This document shows positions 49,629 to 58,193 of a stretch of DNA of 64,000 nt, in pieces; within the stretch, counting starts at the first letter, position 1; each line of letters begins with the position of its first letter. The notes beneath the pieces were generated by a model, which did not search any database, was not told the DNA's origin, and saw nothing but the letters and a program-made list of their open reading frames with translations. The position numbers and the translations under genes were made by a program. Source of the DNA: an uncultured Gammaproteobacteria bacterium (GTDB lineage: Bacteria; Pseudomonadota; Gammaproteobacteria; Xanthomonadales; Xanthomonadaceae); the NCBI GenBank assembly GCA_964640525.1, contig CAZXGS010000008.1:7174-71173 (forward strand), written 5' to 3'.

Positions 49629-50503
49629 AACAACCCCTGCTCGGCAACCATCATCACGATCGGGAACGCGATCACGATGAAGGTGGTGGGAAAGATGAAC
49701 ATGACCAGCGGAAACAGCAGCTTCACCGGCGCTTCCATGGCCATCTTCTCGGCGCGCTGGAAGCGTTCGTTGCGGCGCCGCTCGGCCTGCAGGCGCAACA
49801 CCTTGCCGACGCTGGCGCCGACCTGCTCGGCCTGGATGATCGCCGAGACGAACGAGGACACCTCGGGGATCGTCAGCCGCTCGTCCATGCGCCGCAGCGC
49901 GTCGGAGCGGTTCAGGCCGGCGCGGATGTCGCGCAGGACAAGGAAGAATTCCTGCCGCAGTGCGCCCTTCGGGCCCTTCTCGATGGTCTGCGCCATCGCG
50001 TTGGTGAAGTTCAGGCCGGCTTCCATGCCGAGCACGATGTAGTCCAGGAAGATCGGCAGCTCCTTGAGGATCGACTTGTGCCGATGGGTGAAGCGCTGGT
50101 TGAGCCACATCAGCGGGTAGAACAAGCCAAGCACGACGCCGAAGGCGGTCAGCGACCACGCCATCATCGGCCCGGTCTCGCGCACGCCGACGTAGATCAG
50201 GCCGCCCAGCGCCACCGCACCGATCAGCATCACCGAGCAGAACTCCTCGGCGGTCAGCATGTAGTTGGCACCGGAGCGGGCGATCTTCACGTACACGCCC
50301 TCCAGCAGCGGCGTGGGCAGACGCGAGCCGATGTAGGTGGACACGAAGCGCACCAGCGGCCAGATCGCGCGCAGGATGCGCGGCAGCGGGTCCAGGTAGA
50401 GGCGATCCTCCTCCGGCAGCTCCCACTGCAGGCCGGCCAGCGCCCAGATCGCCAGCACGACGGTGGCGATCACCAGCAGCGAAATGAGGACGATCAGGAT
50501 CAT
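49625..50503 (-). CDS. tadC: type II secretion system F-family inner-membrane protein, TadC-like
   Basis: Track ORF 49625..51454 trimmed to ATG 50503 (MILIVLISLLV...). 292 aa, with the T2SSF-type cytoplasmic domain flanked by TM helices. ATGA overlap with tadB. Confidence 0.85.
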   Translation of the reverse strand: MILIVLISLLVIATVVLAIWALAGLQWELPEEDRLYLDPLPRILRAIWPLVRFVSTYIGSRLPTPLLEGVYVKIARSGANYMLTAEEFCSVMLIGAVALGGLIYVGVRETGPMMAWSLTAFGVVLGLFYPLMWLNQRFTHRHKSILKELPIFLDYIVLGMEAGLNFTNAMAQTIEKGPKGALRQEFFLVLRDIRAGLNRSDALRRMDERLTIPEVSSFVSAIIQAEQVGASVGKVLRLQAERRRNERFQRAEKMAMEAPVKLLFPLVMFIFPTTFIVIAFPIVMMVAEQGLF

Positions 50504-51348
50504 ACGTCGATGTTGGTGATCTTGCGGATGCCGATGAAGCCCAGGATTTCCATGATCACGATCACGCCCAGGGTCATGTATCCGGGCATGCTGGTGAACA
50601 GCGGCGCCATCTCGCGCGGTTGCAGTTGGGTCAGGACCACGATCATCAACGGCGGCAGCGAGGTCATCACCAGGCCCTGGATCTTGCCCATCGAGGTCAG
50701 GCTGCGGATCTTGCCCTCGACCTGGATGGTGCGGGTGATGGTGCCGGCCAGCGAGTCGAGCATCTCGCCGAGGTTGCCGCCGGTCTCGCGCGAGATGCGC
50801 ACGCCGGCGGTGAACAGACCCATCTCCTCGAGCGGGATGCGCTCCTCCATCTTGCCCAGCGCATCCTCGAAGCTCATCCCCATGCGCTGGTTGCGCAACA
50901 TCAACGAGAACTCCTGCGACAGCGGCGGGTGGGCTTCCTTGGCGAGGTTCTCCAGGGTGGTCATCACGCTGGCGCCGGCGCGCAGCGAACTGGCCATGAC
51001 CGCCAGCGCATCGGGCAACTGGTTGCGGAACTTGTCCATCCGGCGTTTGCGCACGAAGTTGACGATCAACTTGGGCGCGATGATGGGTACCGGCAGGCTG
51101 AGCAGGGTGAACACCATGTTGTCGGTGAACAGCCACACCAGCGCCGGCACCGCGATGAACCCGAGGAAATACACCACCGCCAGCTTGCGATAGTCCACGA
51201 ACACGAACATGTCGGCGAGGTCGCGCTCGGTCGTGCCCTTGAGCTTCTCGACCTGCTTGTCGGCGAGGTGGCCCATGAACATCAGCGCCACCCAACCGAA
51301 CAGCACCAGGGTGAGGACCACGCAGACGATGATGGCCGCGATCATCAT
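50500..51348 (-). CDS. tadB: type II secretion system F-family inner-membrane protein, TadB-like
   Basis: 282 aa. LPDALAVMASSLRAGAS...AL is a typical T2SSF motif. ATGA overlap with the ATPase gene. Confidence 0.85.
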   Translation of the reverse strand: MMIAAIIVCVVLTLVLFGWVALMFMGHLADKQVEKLKGTTERDLADMFVFVDYRKLAVVYFLGFIAVPALVWLFTDNMVFTLLSLPVPIIAPKLIVNFVRKRRMDKFRNQLPDALAVMASSLRAGASVMTTLENLAKEAHPPLSQEFSLMLRNQRMGMSFEDALGKMEERIPLEEMGLFTAGVRISRETGGNLGEMLDSLAGTITRTIQVEGKIRSLTSMGKIQGLVMTSLPPLMIVVLTQLQPREMAPLFTSMPGYMTLGVIVIMEILGFIGIRKITNIDV

Positions 51349-53030
51349 AGGTGGCGACTGCCCTTGGCGAAGAAGATCGAACGGTCGATCTCGATGCCGC
51401 GCGCACCCAGTTCCTCGTAGAACTCGGGAACCCGGCCGGTGGCGACGAACTCACCGACCACCCGGCGTTCGGAGTCGAAGCCCTGCTGCTTGAACTGGAA
51501 GATGTCCTGCAACTGGATCACCCCGTTCTCCATCCCGGTCACCTCGGTGATGTGGGTGATCTTGCGGGCGCCATCGGACATGCGGTTCTGCTGCACGATG
51601 ATGTTGATCGCCGAGGACACCTGCTGGCGGATCGCCAACACCGGCAGGTCCATGCCGGCCATCAGCACCATCACTTCCAGGCGCGCCAGGGTGTCGCGCG
51701 GCGAGTTGGCGTGCACGGTGGTCAACGAGCCGTCGTGGCCGGTGTTCATCGCCTGCAGCATGTCCAGCGCCTCGCCGCCGCGGCACTCGCCGACCACGAT
51801 GCGGTCCGGGCGCATGCGCAGGCAGTTGCGCACCAGGTCGCGAATGCTTACCGCGCCCTTGCCCTCGACATTGGCCGGCCGCGATTCCAGCGAGATCAGG
51901 TTGGTCATGCCCAGCCGCAGTTCGGCGGCGTCTTCGACCGTGATCACGCGTTCGCGGTCGGGGATGAAATTGGACAGGATGTTGAGCAGGGTGGTCTTGC
52001 CCGAGCCGGTGCCGCCGGAAATGATGACGTTGCGCCGCTGCTCCACGCACAGGCGCAGGAAGTTCATCATCTCGTGGTTGGCCGAACCGAAGTCCACGAA
52101 GTCCTTGGCCACCAGCTTGCGCCTGGCGAACTTGCGGATGGTGATGTTGGGCCCCTTGAGCGCCAGCGGCGGGATCACCGCGTTGACGCGCGAGCCGTCG
52201 CGCAGGCGGGCATCCACCATCGGCGAGCCCTCGTCGATGCGGCGGCCCAGCGGGGTGACGATGCGTTCGATCGCCGACAGCACCGCCTGGTCGCTGGAGA
52301 ACACCACCGGTGCCGGCTCCAGCCGGCCGCCACGCTCGATGAAGATCTGGTCGAAGCAGTTGACCATCACCTCGCTGATGCTCTCGTCGGCCAGCAGGAC
52401 CTCCAGCGGGCCAAGACCGATCGCCTCGTTGAGCGCGTTGCGCGCCAACTGGTTGCGATCATAGGTGCCGATCAGGCCGGGGTCCTCGTTGATGATCTCC
52501 TCGATCAGCTCACGGGTCTTGGCGCGCAGCTCGGCCTCGCTCAGCCGCGTCACGTCCAGCCGACGGAAGTCCATCCTGGCGATGATCCGGTCGTGGATCG
52601 TGCGCAGGACGGCGTATTCGCCCTGGTCGAAGGCGTTGCCGGCCGCAGGCAGCGCGTCGGCGAACGGCTCCCGTGCCGGCGTCATCACCGCGGCGGAGGG
52701 CATGGCGCTGGCGGTGGCCGCCGTGCCGCCGGCTTCCTTCTGCAATACCGCCTGGATCTTGTAGCTGCCGATTCCGACGACGTCGTCAGGCAGCAACGGG
52801 CCGTGGGTGCGCGAGATGCGGTGCGAGTTGACCGTGGTGCCGGCGCGACTGCCCTCGTCGCGCACGTAGATGCCGTCCTCCTGCACCACCAGCACCGCGT
52901 GCGTGCGGCCCACGTCCCAGCCCTGCAACACCACGAGGTTTTCCACCGACTTGCCGATCGCGCAGATCGGCGCATTGCAGTTGACCGTCTGCACCTTGCC
53001 GCGCGAGTTGGAAACAGTTACCTGGAACAT
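51345..53030 (-). CDS. cpaF: CpaF/TadA-family secretion ATPase with N-terminal FHA domain
   Basis: 561 aa. Residues 1-95 have an FHA-like pattern (IGKSVENLVVLQGWDVGRTHAVLVVQEDGIYVRDEGSRAGTTVNSHRI...DDVVGIGSYKI). Then a linker and the CpaF core: Walker A GGTGSGKTTLLN, VGECRGGEA, GHDGSLTTVHAN. Confidence 0.9.
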   Translation of the reverse strand: MFQVTVSNSRGKVQTVNCNAPICAIGKSVENLVVLQGWDVGRTHAVLVVQEDGIYVRDEGSRAGTTVNSHRISRTHGPLLPDDVVGIGSYKIQAVLQKEAGGTAATASAMPSAAVMTPAREPFADALPAAGNAFDQGEYAVLRTIHDRIIARMDFRRLDVTRLSEAELRAKTRELIEEIINEDPGLIGTYDRNQLARNALNEAIGLGPLEVLLADESISEVMVNCFDQIFIERGGRLEPAPVVFSSDQAVLSAIERIVTPLGRRIDEGSPMVDARLRDGSRVNAVIPPLALKGPNITIRKFARRKLVAKDFVDFGSANHEMMNFLRLCVEQRRNVIISGGTGSGKTTLLNILSNFIPDRERVITVEDAAELRLGMTNLISLESRPANVEGKGAVSIRDLVRNCLRMRPDRIVVGECRGGEALDMLQAMNTGHDGSLTTVHANSPRDTLARLEVMVLMAGMDLPVLAIRQQVSSAINIIVQQNRMSDGARKITHITEVTGMENGVIQLQDIFQFKQQGFDSERRVVGEFVATGRVPEFYEELGARGIEIDRSIFFAKGSRHL

Positions 53031-53119
53031 GGTTCACGCCACCGCCGGAATGTTCGATCTTCATACCACGCCGCGCTTCCGACGCAACCGTCCCCGGTGC
53101 GTCGGCGCCGACACTCCGG

Positions 53120-54817
53120 CTATCCGTGACCCGGGGATGGCGCCGCTGCGGATGGCGCCGTCGCTGCATTGGCCGTTCCGGCAGACGCCGACCCGCCGCC
53201 CGCGTTCCCGGCCGCGCGCGCAGCGGCCTGCGCCTTCACCGGCGGTGCCGGGGCCACGGGTGCCGCGGGCTTGGTCAGCGCAGGTGCCGGATGCGCGTTG
53301 CTCGCACCGGGCGCAGCCTCGGCCGGCGCAGCTTCGGCCGGCGCAGGTGCCGGTTGGGACGCCGCAGGAGCTGCGTCCGGTACCGCGCGTTCCTGTTCGG
53401 GGTGCGATCCCGGGCCGATGCCGAAGCCGGGCATCTGGGTGGACCTGCCGTACTTGCTGTCGAAGTCCTGGATGATCTGGGTGCCGCGCTGGATCAACTC
53501 GGAATTCACCGCCGAGGACGGATCGATGACCTCGGGGGTGACGAAGATGACCAGCTCCGACTTGTTGGCATTGAAGTTCTTGTCGCGGAACAGGTAACCC
53601 AGGATCGGAATGTCGCCAAGCCATGGGAACTTGCTGATCGACTTGGCACCCCCGGCCTGGACCAGGCCGGACAGCACGATGGTCTGCCCGCTCTTGACGT
53701 TGACCACCGAGGCGGTCTTGCGGGTGAGGAAACCGGGGAAGCCCTGGATGGTCACCGACGGGTCGATCTGGCTGACCTCGGTGTTGATGTCGGCCAGCAC
53801 GTTGCCGTGCGCGTCGGCGACCGGCTTGATGTCCAGATGCACGCCGTAGTCCTTGTACTCCACCGTGCTCTGGCCGAGCACGCTGGTGATCGGGATCGGG
53901 ATCTGGCCGCCGGCGAGGAAGCTGGCGGTGCCCTCGCTGCGCGTGCTGAGCTGCGGATTGGCCAGCACGTAGGCATCGCCATGCTGGGCCGCGATGTTGA
54001 TGATCGAGGACAGCGAGGTGGTGATGCCGAAATACTCTGAAAATGGCACGTGCAGCGGCAGCCCGGTGGACGCTCCGCCCGGTCCTTGGAAGGCGTTGGC
54101 AGGGTTTCCGCCCTGGGTGAGGTCGCCCTGCCGGAAATACGGATTGGTGCGCCAGTCCTTGACGATGCCCAGCGACGGCCCGGCCAGCACGTTCTGCCAG
54201 TCGATGCCGATGTTGCGCAGCGCCGACTTCTTGAAGTCCACCACCTGCACGTCCAGGTAGACCATGCGCTGCATGTCCACCGTGCCTGGATGGGTGAGGT
54301 TGACGACGTCGGGCACCGATTGCGCCACCGTCTCCACGCGCTTGTAGTCGTCGGGCGTCAGGTCGCCGGTGAGGATGACCCGGCCTGCGGTATTGGCGAC
54401 CTTCAGGCCAGGCACCGAAGCCAGGGCGCTGGCCAGACCCTCTGCCGCCTCGCGTGCATTCACGGGGGTGACCAGGATGTTGAACGCCTGCACGCCGCCG
54501 TTCTTGTGCCACAACAGCATGTTGGTGTTGCCTGCGGCCTGGCCGATCAGGATCAGGTCGTCGCCGGCCTGCTGCACCGACACCAGCTTGCCGTTGCCAA
54601 GCGCCACGCGCTTGACGTCGCGCAGGTGCAGGACCTTGACTTCGCCGGCGTACAGGGTCAACTGGCTTGCGGCCGTTTCACCCTCGGCGGTGACGGCGCG
54701 CGGCGCGCGGGCGGTGGCCTGGGTCGGTACCCGTGCCGGCGCGGGAAGTGCCGCCAGCAGCGTCGTTGCAGCCGTCGCCACAACCCATCGAGCGGATTGG
54801 TTCATCGTCAAGATCAT
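53120..54817 (-). CDS. cpaC: secretin, CpaC/RcpA family, with Ala/Pro-rich C-terminal tail
   Basis: 565 aa. Signal peptide, N-domains, and the secretin core (KFPWLGDIPILGYLFRDKNFNANKSELVIFVTPEVI). About 110 aa of A/P-rich low complexity at the C-terminus. Alternative start at ATG 54805. Confidence 0.9.
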   Translation of the reverse strand: MILTMNQSARWVVATAATTLLAALPAPARVPTQATARAPRAVTAEGETAASQLTLYAGEVKVLHLRDVKRVALGNGKLVSVQQAGDDLILIGQAAGNTNMLLWHKNGGVQAFNILVTPVNAREAAEGLASALASVPGLKVANTAGRVILTGDLTPDDYKRVETVAQSVPDVVNLTHPGTVDMQRMVYLDVQVVDFKKSALRNIGIDWQNVLAGPSLGIVKDWRTNPYFRQGDLTQGGNPANAFQGPGGASTGLPLHVPFSEYFGITTSLSSIINIAAQHGDAYVLANPQLSTRSEGTASFLAGGQIPIPITSVLGQSTVEYKDYGVHLDIKPVADAHGNVLADINTEVSQIDPSVTIQGFPGFLTRKTASVVNVKSGQTIVLSGLVQAGGAKSISKFPWLGDIPILGYLFRDKNFNANKSELVIFVTPEVIDPSSAVNSELIQRGTQIIQDFDSKYGRSTQMPGFGIGPGSHPEQERAVPDAAPAASQPAPAPAEAAPAEAAPGASNAHPAPALTKPAAPVAPAPPVKAQAAARAAGNAGGGSASAGTANAATAPSAAAPSPGHG

Positions 54818-54841
54818 CCTGTGAATTCGGTCGTGGAAGCG

Positions 54842-55867
54842 TCAGTGGCCGCCCATCCCGCCGTTGCCGGGGGACGGAGGTGCGGGCTGGCTGTTCTGCA
54901 ACAGAGCGCGCAGCAGCGCCTTGGCGGCCTGCTGGGTCTGCTCGGGCGGTAGCGGCTTGTCCGGCTGCGCCTGCGGCGCGGCGACCTTGGGCGCGGTGCC
55001 CGAGTACATCACCTGCTGGCTGACCGAGCCGCCGGAACCGATGATGAACTGGATCGCGCCGGTGCCGCTGTTGGCCTGGACATTGTCGGCGCCCAACCTG
55101 GTCAGCAGGTCCACGCTGTTGACCTTGGGCATGTCCTTGGCGCCGACCACGGTGTCGGTGCCGGGCGCCAGCGCGATCCGCAGCGTCCCCAACTCGTTGG
55201 CCAGCAACAGCTCGGAGGCTTGATCGGCGGTCAACTGCAGGGTGATCGTGCCGAACTGGCCGGCCAGGTTCTGCCCGGGCTTGGGCATGCCCTCGCTGAA
55301 GCCGAGGTCGTTGCCGGTCGCCAGCACCAGTGCCCGATGCAGCACCGGCAGCAGATCCTGCACATCGCCGCCGCCTTCGTCGCTGCGACTGGTGGACAGC
55401 AGGATGTCGATGTGGTCGCCCGGGCGCAGCAGGCCAGACAGCGCATTGACCTCGTCCACCGTGATCGTCACCGCGCGCGTGCCGGCGGGCAGCAGCGAAG
55501 CGAAGTCGGACACCTCCAGCTTGTCGAAGTAGCTCGACAGCATCGGCTTTCCCGCCACCACCGGCCGCCGCAGCGCGCGCCCGGAGAACTGCGCGAAGTC
55601 CTTCATCAGGATCGTGTCCGGATACAGCAAGTCTTTCGGAAACGAGCGTTCGGACATGTTTTCGTTGCTGACCACGGTGCCCGGCGGCAGGTCGGTGCTG
55701 GGCACGACCACATCCACCATGCCCTCGGTCATCCTCTGCTGCATCTCTGCCTGGTACTGCGACTTGGTCTGATGCAGGTAGCGCACGATCAGCGTCACCG
55801 ACACGATCGCCAGCACCATGGCGATCAGCAACATCCCGACGTATCTGTTTACTTGAGGTATGCGCAT
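54842..55867 (-). CDS. cpaB: Flp pilus assembly protein CpaB/RcpC (SAF domain)
   Basis: 341 aa. N-terminal TM anchor, an SAF-like region (VVVPSTDLPPGTVV), and an RcpC-like region (TRAVTITVDE...GLLRPGDHIDILL). Confidence 0.85.
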   Translation of the reverse strand: MRIPQVNRYVGMLLIAMVLAIVSVTLIVRYLHQTKSQYQAEMQQRMTEGMVDVVVPSTDLPPGTVVSNENMSERSFPKDLLYPDTILMKDFAQFSGRALRRPVVAGKPMLSSYFDKLEVSDFASLLPAGTRAVTITVDEVNALSGLLRPGDHIDILLSTSRSDEGGGDVQDLLPVLHRALVLATGNDLGFSEGMPKPGQNLAGQFGTITLQLTADQASELLLANELGTLRIALAPGTDTVVGAKDMPKVNSVDLLTRLGADNVQANSGTGAIQFIIGSGGSVSQQVMYSGTAPKVAAPQAQPDKPLPPEQTQQAAKALLRALLQNSQPAPPSPGNGGMGGH

Positions 55868-55876
55868 CTTCGAGGC

Positions 55877-56104
55877 TTATGGCAGGGAAATCAGGAAGGT
55901 GAAGTTCATCCACCACGTATGCAACACTTCGATCAGTTTTTCGATCACCGGCTTCGGCGGCCCGCCAACTCCGGGGATCGGAAGGACCGCAAGCAAAAAG
56001 ATGACCGCAAGCGCGGCCACGATGTATTCGGCCATGGCCTGACCGTGCTGGCGCGATCGGATGCCCAGCCGCGGGGCACGGAGCGCGTGCAGCCGCGGAC
56101 TCAT
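55877..56104 (-). CDS. small Flp-like (type IVc) prepilin-like protein, 75 aa
   Basis: C-terminal part of track ORF 55877..56755. The ATG at 56104 overlaps the upstream stop (ATGA). RQHGQAMAEYIVAALAVIFLLAV contains a G/xxxxEY-type Flp processing motif. Confidence 0.65.
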   Translation of the reverse strand: MSPRLHALRAPRLGIRSRQHGQAMAEYIVAALAVIFLLAVLPIPGVGGPPKPVIEKLIEVLHTWWMNFTFLISLP

Positions 56105-56853
56105 TGCGACATCACCGTGAGGGTGATCGACGCGCCCGATTTCAACGGCGCCACCACGATCCCGGCGTGGCTGCGGCCCTTGCTGAACATCAGCATCGAC
56201 GGGCCGCTGCCGCGCGCGGAGGGCATGTCCTGACTCCAGCCGAACGAGGGCATGTTCTGCGTGTACCAGTCGACCACGGCACCGGGCAGGTTGGCGGTGT
56301 AGAGCAGCCACGTGTCGCCGTTGCGGCCGCCGTCCTGGCTGACCATGTGGGTCAGCGGTCGCGCATCGCCTGGCGCGGGAAAATCCAGCACGCCGGAACC
56401 GAAGTCCTGTCCCAGCGTGCCGATGCCCAGCAGGGCGGTCGAGCCACCCTTGCCATCCGCGCGGATCTGCACGGTGTAATAGCACTGGCCTTCCTTGTGC
56501 CCGACCACGTCCCAGGGTCCGAGGGTGTCTTCCACGAACAGCGGCCGATTCGGCTGGCCCTTCCACAGATCCTTGTAGAACTGGGCGAAAGCGCCCGGGG
56601 ACAACCTGCTGTTGGCCGCCACGATGCTCATCAGGCGACCGTTGATGATGATGCGTGGCGCGATCAGTTGCTGGGCGGTATTCGCCGGCGTCTTCAGGCT
56701 CGCGCAGGTCACCTGCGGCACCGCGGTCGCCGCGGCGACTCCCGCCATGCCCCATGCCAGCACCAGCGCCAGACCGGCGCAGCGCAAGGCTGCACGATGC
56801 ACGGGAAAGGCACCGGATAGAGTGGACCGCATGCGCTTCATGGTCGACATCAT
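56101..56853 (-). CDS. secreted hypothetical protein (250 aa), Tad-locus specific
   Basis: C-terminal part of track ORF 56101..57549. The ATG at 56853 overlaps the upstream stop. Signal-like LRCAGLALVLAWGMAGVAAATA. I recognise no family. Confidence 0.65.
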   Translation of the reverse strand: MMSTMKRMRSTLSGAFPVHRAALRCAGLALVLAWGMAGVAAATAVPQVTCASLKTPANTAQQLIAPRIIINGRLMSIVAANSRLSPGAFAQFYKDLWKGQPNRPLFVEDTLGPWDVVGHKEGQCYYTVQIRADGKGGSTALLGIGTLGQDFGSGVLDFPAPGDARPLTHMVSQDGGRNGDTWLLYTANLPGAVVDWYTQNMPSFGWSQDMPSARGSGPSMLMFSKGRSHAGIVVAPLKSGASITLTVMSQ

Positions 56854-58193
56854 CCTGTGGTCACCAGCGAACTGCCCGGCTTGGCCGGGTCCGGCACCAC
56901 CGTGACCGAGGTGGTGGTGCCATTCGGGGTCGACAGCACACCGTCGACCTCGACGGCATTTTGTTCCTGGCCAGCGGCACAGGTGACGCCGCCGGCGCAG
57001 ATGTAAGTCACGCTGGACACCGTGAAGCCGGAGCTGGCCATCTGCCCGGAATAGGTCTGCCAGGCGGTGTACGGATTGCCGGACAGCGACACCGAACTGC
57101 TCGTGGTCATCCCGCCGGATGGATTCAGGGTCACCGTGACCACCGAGGATCCCCGCTGGAACACCAGCACCACCGATCCGTCCGCCTGCTTGGTGTTGCT
57201 GACCACGGAAAATCCCATCGCCGCGTACTGGGCGATGACCTGGTCGATTTGCGATTGCGACACGCCGGTTGTGCCGCCACCGGGCGGGTTGTAGTTCTTC
57301 AGCCGATCCGCCGGCACCGAACCGGCATCGGTCACATCGATGTAGCCGAAGCCCACCGGACCGCCGCCCTGGCTGCCCAGGTCGGGAATCACGAACCCGA
57401 TGATGCTCTGGAAATCGCTGACCAGCTTGCCGATCGACGCCAATGCCTTGGGTCGGGTGGCGCAATCGTTGTCCAGCGTCCCGAGGATCGACGTGGGCAC
57501 CGCCGTGGCCGCCTGGCAGCGCTCGTATTTTTCGTCCGCGGCGCTCCATCCGTCCGCGAGCAGGACGTCGCGGGCGGAGAAGGTCAAGGATTTTCCATCG
57601 ATCAGGTTGACGTAGTCAGTCGGACCGATCGGCATCTTCGGTTTCACCGCGACATTGGCGGTGTAGTACTTGTCCATGGTCAGCACGAACCCTGCGCCCA
57701 CCAAGTCCCGCAGCGGCTTCAGGGTGACATCCAGCACCTTGTCGGTGGCAAAGCTGCCCGGCTCGGCATTGCCTTGCGCGGTGGCCGTGACCTGGTTCGC
57801 CTTGCCGACCAGTTGGTTCCCGCCCTGATCCACCCACAGCGGCAGGTTGCCGAAGTTCGCCAGCGAATCGTTCTGCTGCTGCGTGACGCCGGTGAATCCG
57901 CTGCTGAAGAAGCGCATCTTGACCGCATTGGCGAGCTGCGCGTCGGTCAGCTTGGCCATCTTGGCATCGCGCTCGTAGCCCGAATTGCTGTACACCGTGC
58001 GCTCGAAGGCGGTGTAGCGCGCCGCCTGCAGGGTCGCCGAGCGCATGGTGATGAACTTGCCGACCAGCACGATCATCAGGAAGAACGGCGCCAGAAAAAA
58101 CAGCGCCACGATGATCGACTCGGCCATCGACTGCCCGCGCATGCCGCGCGGTGGCACGAATGACCCGTCCCGCGGGCGCAGCCGAGCCCTCAT
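56850..58193 (-). CDS. large TadE-like N-terminal domain protein (447 aa)
   Basis: Track ORF 56850..58505 trimmed to ATG 58193 (ATGA overlap with the upstream gene). GQSMAESIIVALFFLAPFFLMIVLVGKFITMRSATLQAARYTAFE is TadE-like. About 380 aa of unassigned C-terminal sequence follows. Confidence 0.7.
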   Translation of the reverse strand: MRARLRPRDGSFVPPRGMRGQSMAESIIVALFFLAPFFLMIVLVGKFITMRSATLQAARYTAFERTVYSNSGYERDAKMAKLTDAQLANAVKMRFFSSGFTGVTQQQNDSLANFGNLPLWVDQGGNQLVGKANQVTATAQGNAEPGSFATDKVLDVTLKPLRDLVGAGFVLTMDKYYTANVAVKPKMPIGPTDYVNLIDGKSLTFSARDVLLADGWSAADEKYERCQAATAVPTSILGTLDNDCATRPKALASIGKLVSDFQSIIGFVIPDLGSQGGGPVGFGYIDVTDAGSVPADRLKNYNPPGGGTTGVSQSQIDQVIAQYAAMGFSVVSNTKQADGSVVLVFQRGSSVVTVTLNPSGGMTTSSSVSLSGNPYTAWQTYSGQMASSGFTVSSVTYICAGGVTCAAGQEQNAVEVDGVLSTPNGTTTSVTVVPDPAKPGSSLVTTG

